A stretch of 64,000 bases of DNA from Vicugna vicugna (taxonomy: Eukaryota), in contig MU057796.1 in the NCBI GenBank assembly GCA_013265495.1, positions 1-64,000 of the forward strand. The letters are read 5' to 3'. The notes below the pieces were generated by a model. The model saw only the letters and a list, made by a program, of their open reading frames with translations, was not told the origin of the DNA and searched no databases. This document shows, in pieces, positions 33,331 to 47,008 of this stretch (position 1 is the stretch's first letter; each line of letters opens with the position of its first letter). Position numbers and translations under genes: made by a program.

Positions 33331-36300
33331 GTGTTTCCGTAGGCGAAATTCCTCTCCCTTTCCAGACCTTCCCTCCTTGGGGCCGGTAGTGGAACTGGAG
33401 GCTCTCTGGGTGCTGGCATGGCCCCCCTGCGTCCACTCCCTCCTTCTTCTCACCCCCCCCCACAGTAAAGGTGCCGTCTGTCACTCACCCTTTAGCTCCT
33501 CTTCTGTTCGCTGTGAACCTGGGTTTCTCTGGGGATACTCTCTGCACCCGCTTTCCTCCCAGCAAACCCTCACCTGAGATATGAGCGCTTCAGCAGAGGC
33601 CCATTGGATGGCGCTTTGAGGAGTTAGAAAAATCGGTGTCACGTTTGAATTCAAGGAGCTATAGGTCAGCCATCACTGTTCTGCCTCTTTTTGGTCTAAA
33701 TTTCCCCCAATTCAGCTACCATTCTTCAGAGTTTGTGATAGGAGGTGGTGATGTTTGACTCGTTCCGTTGAAGAAATCATTCTCCCTTCTCCCACTGGAT
33801 TTTAAGGAAGGAGGATACACAGAAATACTTCTGCCCCATCCTGTTGAGCTGGATGTCTCCTCAGTTACTTTAGGAACAAGTCCTTTTAAAAATCTAAGCC
33901 CAATAGTGTGGATTTGCTCTATGGGAGAAAAGAGGATGGGGTTTGAGTTGCGTTTTGGTGCCACCTCAGTTGGCCTTGTCCACCTGCTCTCTCCAGCGCT
34001 GTGTATCTACCCTCCTGTGTCCATCTTTTCGCCTGTCCTGCGGTGGCCCTGACACCTGACACGCTGGCCGAGGCTCCCCATTCTTCTCTGAGGCTGGTGA
34101 TGTCAGAAGAGTGCTTTATCCAGAGGGGCCCATGCTGGTATGGGGCTGGCTTTATATTCCCGTGCAGCGTTTTAACATCAGGGAATGGAGAACTGTTGTA
34201 CACAGCCTTCAAGTAGGAGCTTAATGTTACCATCATCATCAAAAAGCATCTGAAAACGGTCATTGGAACCCCTGCCCCTGTGCGTCCTTGAGCTTTAGGG
34301 AGGTGCTGTTTGTTCTGTGGTGTGTAATTTGGTGCCAGCAAGGAGCTCCCAGAAGACTGAGCCCTAACTTTGACAAAGGAGGAGTCCTTCCTTAAAGAAC
34401 ATACACAGTTGGACTATTTAAGGTGACCACAACATTTTTGAGGAACTGTTGTCGCTAAAGGATGAAAAAGTACCAGATATTGTATAATTAAGGAGCAATT
34501 GAACCTTTCTGGCTGCTGGTCTCCTTCTCTTTCTGATCCACCAAAATGGCACCTGTACTTGAAAACGCGAAGAATAAGAGACTGCCATGCACTTGACTCC
34601 CTGAACTCAAATTATGTCAATTAGCGCAATAAGTCGTATAATGTTATATATTAATATATGATAGTTTGAATTATGTAAAAGTAGCATGTTCTTCAGAAAG
34701 CTGAGTCTCCTCTAACCTGTATTGTCTGGAATTTTGTCTCTATGGTCCTTCTCTCAAGGACCATATGTTATATGGGCTCATTTCTTTAAGACGCTTAACT
34801 CTTAATTGTGAATTCTTTTATTCACAAGTGGTGCTAACTCCCTTGCCTCTGCTGAGCTGCTCCTCTGGCCTGATACTCCAGGCTGTGTACCTTCATGCCT
34901 GGTGGCAGTTTCCCCTTGGGTGCCCCACAGGTGTGTCACCTGTAACACGCCTGTGCCCTTCCTCTCCTCCTCTTCCAGAATTGTGAGTTTCAGTCAGTGA
35001 CACCACCATTTGTGTGTTTGCCAAGTCAGAGCCTGGTAGCACTTCCTGTGCTTTTCCAAACCCATTTTCTCCATCAGAAGTTCGCATCTTGTATCTTTTT
35101 GGTTCCAGGAGTCGAGTCGTGGGAGCAGTTGCTGTGGTACGGACGGGGTCTGCTTCTCTTGCTCTTTCTGCGGGCCGGGCTCCGTGGTCAGAGCTTTACG
35201 TGGGTTCATTGTTTTAATCTCAGAGAAGCCCTCATCTCGCAGACCATGTGACGGAGACCCAGAGGGGATATAGACTTGTCCAAAGTCTTTGTGAATGTCA
35301 CATATGGGATTTGCAGGGAATTGTGTGGAGGCGGGCGAGGACTCCCCGAGTGTCATTTTCCCATGGCAGTTATGGGGACACTCGCTGGGTCATGTTGTGG
35401 GAGTGTAGATGCGACAGTCAGGGCTAACAGAGGAGCTTGGAGAAGACTTCCAGAATGGGCGTCGGAACTGGTCCAGCCATCATGGCCTCTGTGTCCACGG
35501 AGCCACCAACGGAACTAGAGAAACAGACCTCAGAGGGGGAAAAAACAAAGCAAGCAAAAGAATTCCAGCATGTAGTAGTTACTGTGAAACTGATTCTGCG
35601 ATGGTTAGAAGTCATAGGGAGCCACTTTCAGTGGAGAAATCCAGGCAGGCTTCTCCGAAGAGGTGACATTGAGTGATGTTTTGCCAGGAAGCACAGAGAG
35701 GCATTTAGATGGGTGCAGAAGCAAGAGAGGCCATGGCTAGTTTGGGTCATCACAAATAAATCACACAGCATCTGAAGGGAGGTATGTCTGGACGTCCCAT
35801 AAATGATTTTGCGTTGGCATCATTTTTAAAGTACAGTTGTTTAAAAATTGAGGCCTTGGTTGTGACCACTGTGTGAGCCTGGTGTGTTTATCCTCGACTT
35901 CACCACCTACTGTGGTACATTTACCTCAGCGGCCAGAGGGACCTGGCTCCTGACCAAGCCACAGGACACCATTTATTCTTAGATGTGATGTCAAATTATG
36001 ACCAAACAAGACTTTTTTCCCCAATGAACTTTTCTTTAGGTATCCAGATCATGACAGTTAAATAAAATGATAAATGCGAATAATTTATAGGATGTCACAT
36101 ATTTACTCCATAAAGTTGTTATTTAGTGTTGAAAGCAACTCTTGCCTTTGAAAATACATGAATTCTCTCTCTCTCTCTCTCTTTTTTTTTGTCCTGTAAG
36201 TTTTTATGATTGATTATGGTCAGGAATATCAGGAAAGTCTGCAATTTGACAGTAGCAAGCTGGGATCTTGGAACTGACCGCACTGCATAAACCAGTAGCA

Positions 36301-38934
36301 GCCAGAGGAGTTGTTTGCGAAATGCCAGGGCCTGGGTTGGCTAATTTGAGCTCTGTTTTTTCGCAGATAAATCGAGCCTCTGAAACACCTTCACATGTTG
36401 AAAACGATTTTGTATTTGTGGGTTGCTTTTTCCCTTGACTTAGAGTATTATAGTACGTCCTTTCCTTTTTTATTGTTTAACTGTGACAGTATTTCATATT
36501 TTTAACCCAAGACAGTTGGCTTTCCAAAAATACTGGAAACCAAATTCATGATGTAATCATCTTCATCCAAACCCCCAATTGTGGAGAAACTCCGTTTTCT
36601 CTGTTATTTATAGTTAATGCCTTATCACACGTGAAGACTGGGGAATCGTCCACATAGATCCTTGGGAGGTGGGGTAGACTGGTATCCCTTGAGTTAACTA
36701 TTTTGCTTTGATTTTTCTTAAACCTTAATGTTAAAAATTTTAAACATGTTATTTTATGTCTGTGGCCTGTGCTTGACTCTGGGTTAGCACTAGACTAGAA
36801 AGTACTCTTATTTATAATAACTGGGGATAATTATTTGTCTTTTATGACTTACGCTGAAAAAAAAGTACATTATTACCTATAAAAGTAGAGACATCAATTT
36901 TTTCTACTTTTTTCTTTTAACTGTGTCATTTCTGCAGTAGTATGTAGTTTTTGCTTTTATCATATCTCTTAAGTCCTGAAGTCGGTGAGTGTGTGTATAT
37001 GGGAGTGGACAAGTATGTGTGTGTTGACACACATGGAAATACTGCCTTCTCATATGAGTGGTTTTCCTTCTGTTGCATCTGACTTCGGAGCTATAATTGC
37101 TAAACTTAAAAGAAGTGAAAATCAGTTTCATCAAAATGCATTAAAATGGATTGTTAATACTTAACCTAAAACACATTTGGCTTTTTTTTTAAGCATGAAT
37201 AATTTTGAATTGAGTTACAGTTGTTGCAGTTTTATTCATGTAGACTTAGCATTTGTGTCACTCACAGTTCTTAATTATCTTAGTACATATTTTATATGGC
37301 ATAATATCCACACCCTTACCATCTCCAGCCTCTGCAGAGAATGTAGCACATGGCACCAAAGTAATAAAAATGTAAGCTCTGGAGTGAGAAGCAAATCCGA
37401 AACAAGCCATTTTTACATATAACTGAAGTTTAGGTTCTGTGTAGTAGTTTGATCCCTTACTTAACCTTTAATAAAACTGGATTCAAGGGTATTTATATAT
37501 AAATAAAGAAATAAAGTTAATTTTGTTTCATACTTCCATAAGAGCAAGCACCTAGTGATGTATTACAGTGACATTTAAACTTCAGCATGAGTCCTGTTGG
37601 CTGAAAATTTGTTTTTTAAGCAACTGTTTCTGAGGTTAAGCATTAAAAAGCTAAGTTGTTGCCATTTGGGAAGGTTAGTAAGATTATTATTTTATTATTA
37701 TTAAGATTATGCGATCATATTTATACTGATTGAATCAGCCTGTGTTTGACCTTTTATCTCCTATGAAGTTATCTAAGAAGCCATTTTCACTTTGTACGTA
37801 GTTTGGAAATTAAAATTCAGTACAAATCTGGGTATGTGTGAGGCTCCATCTCACAAACCCCTCTTCCCCTGCAGACTTTCCTTAATGGGCCCCCCGGTTG
37901 TATGTGCATTTAGATCATGGTCAGAGTCCTTCTGTAAGGATGTGACTTGGTGTATTTGTACATATGGAATCTCAAAGTACAGTTTCACATGTTGGATGAA
38001 AAGGGAGTGGTCTCAGATCTACTGGCCACGTCTACCCAGTGTCTTCATTTGGTGCTAGGATTGTGATGTCCAGGAGGTGGTGGGAGATGGGAGTGAAGGG
38101 GGCATAATCTCCTTGCCTCCTACCCCCACCCACATTCCCCAGAAAGCAGCCTTTTGAAACTATCGGAGATATGTGAGGCTCTCAAAAGCACTTGGAGTCA
38201 GCCCTGGCTATTGTGAATCATGAGTCGTGGCTATTCCTCTGCGGTAGTATAGACATTTCCAAATAAAACAAGAAAGGAAGATTGAAATATGCCACCCAGC
38301 ATCCCCTGGCATGCTCCACCCTTAACCTGCCCCTGACGCCCCGTGTGGGATGCCCTAACCCAGATTCAGACCCATTCGACCTTCTTCTCCAATCAAAATT
38401 TCCCCAGGATAATTTCAGGTCCTGTAATCCTGTAATGATTTTCCTGAACAGTTCTGACTTAATGAAATTGTGTTATTTAAAAAATAACCATTTGTTTAGT
38501 GTATAATTACATGAGATTTCATTCTTTTTAAAAACTGTGCAAATGATCAATTGAAGTCAGAAAAAGAAAAAAGGAAAAAGAGAATTCCTTGACTTTATGT
38601 TTTGACACTTGAATAGGAAAGTGCATGTTCTATATTAATACAGCCTGTTAACAATATTCACTCTGTCATATTCATGAAAGTGTATCAGCCTAACGCATTA
38701 CTCCGCCAGCGTATTTTAATTTAAAAAGAAAATTCCTGGAGGTAACAATAATAGTGCTACAATCATGGTTCTGATGATAGAATTCTGGGCCCTGGGAGGG
38801 AGGCAAGGGATGTATTTCTGTTCATGCCTCCCCAGTGCTCCTTAAACCATGTCAGACTCTTGTTTCCCACAGTATCTCAGTACCTTTTTTCAGGAAGAGA
38901 AAAATGTCTTAGAAGTGTCCTTCATTGGGAGGAC

Positions 38935-39180
38935 CAAGGGCTTTGAAAAAGTCAAATAAATTGGGCTTTGAATCCCAGCACTTCGGTTTACACTCAAGTG
39001 ACCTTGAGTATGGTGCTCAGCCTCCCTGAATGTTAGCTGTTTCTTCTTTTTTAAATGAGATGATGATGATATTTTTTTTCCAAGCAAAATTGTTGTGACT
39101 CCTTGGAACAATATATGCAAAGCTCTGAAGCAACATCTGGTGCATAGTCCGTGCTCAGCAATTAATAGCTATTACAATTA
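38935..39180 (+). mobile_element. Near full-length MIR
   Basis: tttgaatcccagcact...gtgaccttgag...cagcctccctga...tggtgcatagtccgtgctcagcaattaatagctatta. Confidence 0.8.
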
Positions 39181-39389
39181 TGATGATGAAGACGATGATA
39201 ATGGTAAACATTTGCTGCTTCATGGGTTTTTTTTTTTTAACATCCTTAAGAAAACTGGAAATAGTATCTAAAAACTCATTTTTCTTTTTCAGCTCTCTAA
39301 ACAGATTGAATTTTTTTGTGCTGCTTTATTTGAACTTTTAAAAACATTTGGTGGCTTAAAAAATTTTTTTTTCTTGCTACAAATAAACA

Positions 39390-39555
39390 GACTTTTCTAA
39401 GTGTGGTCCCGGGACCAGAAACATCGTTCCCTAAAAACTTGTTAGAAGTGTAAACTCTAAGGTCTCACCCACGTCTCCTCCTAAATCGAAAACTCTGGAG
39501 ATTTTCCCAAGCTCTCCAGGAAATTTTGATACACATTCAAGTTGGAGAACCACTG
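39390..39555. mobile_element. MER5A-like DNA transposon
   Basis: aagtgtggtcccgggaccag...aacttgttagaa...caagctctccagg...gttggagaaccactg. Confidence 0.75.
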
Positions 39556-39569
39556 TGTTAGAATATCTG

Positions 39570-40180
39570 GGAAACACAGTAAAACATCACTTTCATGATC
39601 TTACCATCCAGAAATAATCCCTATTAAAGTTAGATTTCCTTCTAGTCTTTATTCATATATGTATATACTTACGTGTGTATTTTTTGTCTTTTTTCATACA
39701 CATCAGTGTATATTCTTACGTTTTTTAAAAGACGTTGTGAGTTTTATAACCTGTGTTTCAACCTTCAATATTATGTCATGACCATTACCCCATGTCATTA
39801 AATTTTACTTGAAAACATTTTTAATCATATGACTACATGATTATACCAGCCTCGGAGTGTTTCATAATTTATTGACCGACCCCTTGGCCGTTTGAGTTGT
39901 TTCCAGATGTTCTGGAGGAGCATGAGCAGCACAAGTGAAATTTTGTGTTCATAAATCTCTGAGTATCTGTGATTGTGTCCTCAACATAAATTTAGTATAA
40001 GGGTGGAATTACCAGGTCAAACAGTATGAACGATTTTATAGCTCACAATATATATTGCCAAAGCACCTTTCAGAAAAGAGGTGCCCGTCTGTGCTCTCAC
40101 CAGCAGTGTGGGGAAGGTGTCCATTCCCCAGACCCACTCTGGGAACTACAGTCCTTTTGCATATGTGCAGGCTTGATTGG
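39570..40180 (-). mobile_element. Old L1 (L1ME-like) fragment
   Basis: gtggaattaccaggtcaaacagtatg...atattgccaaagcacctttcagaaa...tctcaccagcagtgtgg. Confidence 0.6.
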
Positions 40181-41324
40181 AGAGTGTTTCATGAACTGTA
40201 AGTCAGTCAGACAGAACTTGACGTTTCCTGGTCCCTCTGTATTCGCCGACGCTTCTGTACTCAGAAGCATCAATGCTGCCATAGAGCTTGTCTCATGGAC
40301 GTTAAGGTAAATTTCAAAGGTTTACTTTTCCGATATTACCGGCCCATCACCTCACACTGACTCTACACGTTTTGTTGAGAGGGTGTTGGAAGTCTTCTAA
40401 CATGTACTGTGGGACCGCCGTACTGGGCATCATGGTTGTCATGGTGACCCCACGTACTAGGACTGTGGGATTAACAAGGACAAGGGGGCCTCCTAGGAGA
40501 AAGACAACAAGTTGTTTTTGTCTGTTGTATCTCAAAACAATCAAGAAACACTGTTAATATTAAATCTTGCTGGGGAGGCAACTGTGGAAGGGACCTGAGA
40601 CTGAACGTTAAGTAAGTGCTAAGTTAGCTGAAATAGTGTTTGATCCTTTAGAGGGACATCCTGTGTGTGTTCAGCTTAAGTAGCTATGGTGAAGAGGCTG
40701 GTTTGTGATGCCTTTATGATCCTACAGTAAGTTGTGATGACACACAACTTTGAGCATCTGTTTATTTTAGTTTATGTTGTATTAATGAGGGACGTCTCCT
40801 TGGGGTCTCCAGGGTAACTGGGGCTCCCCCGGTGCTGACATTGCCAACTTCCCAGGTGGTCAGAAGGTTCTCCTGAGCTCAGCCCCTCCCCGCTGTGAAC
40901 TAGGGAACTTGAAGGAGGATCAGGGCTAGGGGGACAGTGAATGACCCAGTGCACCCCAGTAACCAGCCCTGTTGGGTGCCACAGCCTGCTGCTGTTTAGA
41001 ATTCTTCAGTCTTACAGGATATGAAATCAGTGTTCCTAAATTTTATCTTGGCCCTACTTTTGATCACATACCTTTGAGAAGCGTATGAACTGGGGACCCC
41101 TTCCCAGCAAATCTACATTTGCCACCACACAAATGTAGGTTTATTTTGATGAATTCCCTGAGTGCGCTTCTGTTTTAGACAAATTGTTTCCCTATGATAC
41201 ATTTTTCTCTCCTTTGCAGATTTCACTTAACCCGATAATGAAAAGAGTATTTTGTATTTATGCAGTGCTTTCCAGTTTAGAGAACTATTGAATACACTTT
41301 TTGGCCCCTGTCCAAAATCCTGTC

Positions 41325-41450
41325 ACTTGGTACTTTTATCCCTAGTTGGCAGATGAGGAAACTGATGCTCAGAAAACACAAGGAATTACCCAAGGTCCTT
41401 TGGTCACGAAGCCAGTGAAGGGGACGTGGGACTGGAGCCAGGTCTTCTGG
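41325..41450 (-). mobile_element. MIR fragment
   Basis: cagatgaggaaactgatgctcagaaa...ttacccaaggtc. Confidence 0.7.
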
Positions 41451-43589
41451 CTTTCGTCTGTACTTCCTGATGTTACATGAACAATGAAAGGAAAGTCTGG
41501 CAAGCAAAAGTAGGATTACCTCCCACACTCAGGAGAATGATGGGGGAATCCTACGTAAATGCCAGGTTTACAACACGGATTATTTATTGAACAGCCATAG
41601 AAAGGGACTTGCAGGATCAAGCCACGGTGGTGGTGTGCACTGGGGATGCCCGCTGCTCTGTTGCTGGGTAATCGTGTTTACAAGTGAGGGAGAGACCCTT
41701 CCATTCCATCTTACCTGGGAACACAAATATCATCAAATGGCCCAGAAGGACACCAGGGGGAAGCTGTAAAATGATATTTTTCTTCATTGGTTAAAAGGGT
41801 TTCTGAATTTGTTCACACCGGCACACACATAAATCAAATGCCCCTTTGGTTGGAGCCATTTGGCTTGCTTTTTAGAAATCTTTTTTATTTAAATTGTCCT
41901 CTTCCCTTGGCTAGATCGGAAAAGTAGCAGTTTTAGGGGTTTTCACAGAGCTGCAGTGTATTGTGTATATTAAGTGAACAAAATGCCTGTTTTCAGAATG
42001 TGTTACCAGAAGGCTAAGCAGACAGTTGCCGGAATGACAGTGTGGCCTCGAATTCCCCGCTGAATAAATCTGAGAGCTGTCATGAGACGTCCCGGCTTAC
42101 TCTGACTGCATGGATGATGCCCAGAAAAAGCAGCAGCCTCAGACCTGGATTCTCAGTCCGGCAGGGCTATGCAGACCATCACATGTAAAGTGGGATGTTC
42201 CCAGCAGTAGGACGATGCCATTTTAAATAAAATGCAGTCTTTTGTACTAATTAGCATCCATCATGTTTTTAAATCGTACCCCTCCCCCTTTATTTTTTTA
42301 ATTGTAAAAATTATTCATACCTGCAATCACATGGAATTCTTGAAAAAGAAGATGAATAGTTTACCCTTTGTTCTGCTGGTTTGAATCCCTGTTCCACCTG
42401 AATTTCCCCTCTTTGAGGAAACCAGTATTAACAATTCGATAGGAATCCTTTCTCTTTCCTTCTCTTTTTCACATAAACATTTCCTCACATACATTTATGG
42501 GATTTCTTTCTTCTATACTTTTTTCAAAAATGAAATCATAGCAAACTTAATGGACCCTTAATATTTTTTTTATTAGAATGACCTTTCTAGGTCAAAACAT
42601 ACAAATAGATTTCATTCATTTTGGTAACTGCATAGCTTTTCTTTCTATGGCTGTAACATACATTATTCTGTTTCTCACCTATCGGTGAACATTCTGGTTG
42701 TTTCCACTGTTTTATTACATTTATTATTGCAATACGAGTATCATTTTATAAGCCTTCTGATCGTTTTCCACTCAGTAAAATATGTTACTGAAGAAGTGAA
42801 AAGGAGTAGAAACCATCTATCTCCAGCTGCTACCTGTATTCATGCACCTCTACAATTAGTAGCCTATTACATAGGAATAAAAATCATAGACATTTACATG
42901 CAGGATATCTCTTTGCCTTTGGAGTGGCCCTAAGCATAGCTTTTATTTTGCGTTGGGGCTGTTTGTGCTTAGCTTCTGGGTGTGGATTCACCGCGGAGTA
43001 GAGGTCATCTTTCAGCTGTCATCAGGTCCCACCTCGACCCCTTCAAGAGCGAATCAATTACCTGGGTTTGGACAAATCCAGTATACTGATGATGGACTGT
43101 GCAATCAGCCATGGGTTGCTAGTTTTACCTTGTTAGACTACGGCCTTAGATTTTCAAGAGTGAGAGAGCCTGGCTTTTCGAGTGTATTAATTTAAAAAAG
43201 CATTCTGTGGTATTTTGGAATTAGGGAGGGAGGAAACGATGCTCTGATGACGTGAAAAATTTGCCCAGATCCCCTCATCAATAAATGATGTGACTGGCCA
43301 CATGTTTCAGGAGTTTGAGTCCTCGGGAAGAATTCTTAACAGGATGATTATGAAAACAACCAATTTCCACACATGAAATGAGCCCTATTAACAAGGCCAC
43401 AACTGCCTGTTACGGTCACCACGTTTCCTACTAGCGAGGAGAATGATGGCTTTGCACGACTGCGCGTTTACAAAATGACAGTTGCACGGGCAAAGCTGGC
43501 TGTATCAGGGGCTCTGGAAAGAAGCCTGTGTGGGTCTTTTGCAGGAAATAAAATGGAAAATCCAATTTGCAATTGCAGAGGAAACCTCT

Positions 43590-44260
43590 GAGTGACAGAT
43601 GATCTTCATCGCCACACCGGTCAGAGGGTCACCGCTAATCACGGCGCGGGCTGGCTCCCCGCGTGGCGCGGGCCGCCCCACCGGAGCACAAGCAGAGGGA
43701 ATCTGTGTCTGGGAGTCAGCCAGCGTGTCTGCGGAGGCACCACTTTCTAGCTTATTAGATCCTCTTTGTCACAGTGCTTAATCCTGCTGCCTGATCCTTG
43801 TTAGAACAGCAGCGGAGCGCCGCTCCAGCTGCTAATAAAGGAGATGGGCGCGGGCCCCTAACTAGACCCAGCGAAGCGTGCAGCCAGCGAGGGCCCCTGC
43901 AGCCGCCTGACAGTGGGCTGTGATGCCTCCTGCATCTTATTATTCAAAAGGGAGCCCACCTCCGACAGCTGACGGATGAGCTCGGCCGAGGCGAGAGTAA
44001 CTTGTTGCTTGGCCGGTATGAGACGGTGTCAGCTTTTCCCACAGCATCGTGGCTGGGCTTGCCTCTAATTACGTTAACCCTCCTCAAGTTGCTGCGTCCA
44101 GAGGGGGGTCCGGGAGCCCGAGACACAGAGCCGGCTGGGAGGTTCGCAGCTGCACAGAAGCAGGTACGGTGTTCTCCACCAGTGACCTGAACTCCGAAAA
44201 CAAAATAAGCACGTCCTGTTATGCCCAGCCAGGTTATGACTCTGAAGAGGCGGCGCTGGC
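43590..44260. promoter_or_regulatory. Intronic CpG/GC-rich block, candidate enhancer or internal promoter
   Basis: Dense CpGs (ggcgcgggctggctccccgcgtggcgcgggccgcccc; gggcgcgggcccc) in an otherwise CpG-depleted intron, with no recognisable repeat. Confidence 0.5.
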
Positions 44261-44656
44261 TTTGTCTTGTGCAGTTTCCATCTCTGTTGCCTGTAACAGT
44301 GGCCTGCTTTAAGGTTTGCTGTGGACGTTAAGCATGGTTTCTTGGGTCTTTGTTAAGAAAAAGAAAAGCCTGGCATCAGCCACAAAGCTGTTGTTTGGGC
44401 TCCCTGCCCCCTCCCGCCCCTGCCCGTGAACCCGAATCATTATGTGCTATTAGGCTTCCCAGTTCTGTTAGGCCTGTGAAGCACTTGTGAATCTGTTTGA
44501 AGTTTGTTTGCTATTAAGGCTGACTCCGGATGGTTTGGCACTAAAACAAACCAGTGTGGGTGGGGGAAGGTGATCCCATCCCTCCTCCCTCCCCTCCCCC
44601 TCCCCCAAGCAGGGATGGACAGATGAGTTTGAAGTGACAGAAAGGAAGATGCTCAC

Positions 44657-45052
44657 ATGGATGGAGCTAGACGCTGTCATACTTGGTGAAGTCAGACAGA
44701 GAAAGACTAATTATCGTATGATGTCACTTATATGTGGAATCTAAAAAAATGATGCAAATGAGCTTATAAAACAGAAAGAGACTCACAGACATAGAAAACA
44801 AACTTATGGTTACCAAAGGGAAAGTGTGTGTTGGGGGGGGAAATTAGGAGTTTGGGATCAGCAGATTCAAACCACTGTATATAAAATAGATAAACAGCAA
44901 GGTCCTACTGTACAGCACGGGGAAGTACATTCAACATTTTGTGATAACCTGTAATGAAGAAGAATATATATATGTAGAACTGAATCACTATGCTGTACAC
45001 CAGAAACTAACACAACATTGTAAACGAACTATACTTCAATTAAAAAAAAAAA
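44657..45052 (+). mobile_element. 5'-truncated L1 3' end (artiodactyl type) with poly-A and TSD
   Basis: atggatggagctag...cacttatatgtggaatctaaaaaa...aaattaggagtttgggat...ctgtacaccagaaactaacacaacattgtaa, then poly-A. TSD aaaggaagatgctcac (44641-44656) and aaacgaaaatgctcac (45053-45068). Confidence 0.92.
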
Positions 45053-47008
45053 AAACGAAAATGCTCACGAATAGCCTCTGGTCCTTTTTGTGTATCCCAA
45101 CTTTCGGACGTCAGTATAAGACTCCTTTTCCCCAGGGGGAGCGTGTCCAGCCCCCATCCTGCGTTTTCCGGCGTGCTCCAGTTAGCAGCCGTCATTAGCA
45201 TTCCCCCGTGCCTCCTCTGTCTCCACTGACACGCTTAAATAGAGACATTGCAAGGGGCTGACAGATCTCCGGGGGCTGAAAGGCTTCAGATGAGAGGGCC
45301 CAGGGAACTTGGCTGACCTTTCTTGACATGATTCCCCTAGGTCTGTCTTCTGCGTGTGGCGACCAGGGAGCACAGAACTTGAGTGGGTTGTTTTTCAGAG
45401 GACTACCACTCAGAGGACCGCGGGCTCAGTCAGGCTGTTACTGAGTGAACAAAGTGGGTTCTTAGGTTGTTGGTGGAAGCAGCAGCCTCTTCTCTCCCGT
45501 AGAAATGGGCATTTGCGTGTTAACTTCAAGGGTGATGCATTAAACCCTGTTGACAACATGGCTGTGCTTCTGGGTTATTGGGGCGCACCTTGAACCTGGT
45601 GGGAGGGGACTTGTAATGCAGCCCAGGAAAGAAGAGAGTCTTCTTCCTCTCGCTGTCCCGTGGAAGTCATTCCTGGGCGACTCTGGAATAGCTGAGGCTT
45701 GTCTGTGGGGTCCTTCCTAGACCTTTCCCCTGGTCCGCGTGGCTCTCACATTGACCCAGAGCCCAGAAAATACAACGTGCTGATAAATACTCTGTGCTCT
45801 TCCCACTCTTCTTCCCCAGAGAAAAAAGATACTGCACTCCTGGGATCCCCCTCGGGGCCAGTTACAAAGGAAGCAGTCCCCTTGAGTTCATTCATGGTTA
45901 TAACGTGTGAATGACAGGGAGTCCTGCAAGCTTGTTCAGCGGACCTAAGTCTACACCCATTAGAAACGGAGGCTGTGTTTTTCAGTAGAACAACCAATTT
46001 GGGGGGATGAGGAGGAAAGACATTTAGAGCAGAACAGCCTCGCACAGGGAAATCCCCTTTGCTTAGGCATTGGTTCACATCCTTACGTAATTGGTGCTTT
46101 AGTGGCTTTTTTTTCTTCTTATTCATTTTGAAGACATATGTTTCCAAAGGTCTCATTTCTTATTTTTTTTGTAGTTGATCTCATGCTGCATCAGTGGGCA
46201 GGGCTGTGAGGCTGGAAGATGATAGTGTGTCAGTATAGGTTGTTTATTAGGTGAATGTTTTAGGAGAGAACCTCCAGTGCCTTCCCGCTCCCCCCACCTT
46301 TTTAGTGAGTTGCTGCACCTTGGTTACTGTCGCCTGGTGCGTCAGCCTTCCCTCGGTGACCATGCTTCCCAAGTACAGTGGGCAATATACACACTGTGCA
46401 TTTAAAAAAATGATGCTTTCTATCATACTCCTTTTTTGGAAAAGAGGAAATTGGAGAAAAAAGTAATGAGAGAATGATACGGAAGAGAGGAGTGAGAGTA
46501 TAGCGGACGAGGAAACAGGAATTATAAAGAATTTTAAACAAGCGATCAGTTTGATTCTTGGGAAGCTAACCTCCACCCCCAGCCCAAGATAAAAACAAAA
46601 TATATTAATGCCCGTCCATTACAAACAAGGCTACACCCACGTAAAATACTCAGCTGAACAGAGTCTGTGCTCAAGTCTTGGATTTTCATTTGCCCCAAGC
46701 AGTTTTCTGACTCATGGTTTAGAGCATAAAGCCCATTCATTTCCCAAATGATTGAACATCTGACTAATGATGTTGAGCCATTAAGATGGAGAAATTATGA
46801 CAATATTGATAGTCTTGGAGAGAAATGTGTCTGCGTATTTTTGTACTTAACCCCAGCAGATTCTAAGTAGCTTTGGAAAGATCATGATGGATTACTCGCT
46901 CTTAATATTGAGTAATATCTGTTTTCTTTAAAAGCATCTTATGAAATTGTAACCCATTTTATATTGGTCTTTTCTTTCTCCATTATTCTGAATAGTTGCA
47001 AGTTCATA

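Noticed and set aside
41200..41225. Strong acceptor-like tract tttttctctcctttgcag
   Set aside because: No convincing donor or RSU1-compatible frame nearby; such sites are common in long introns.
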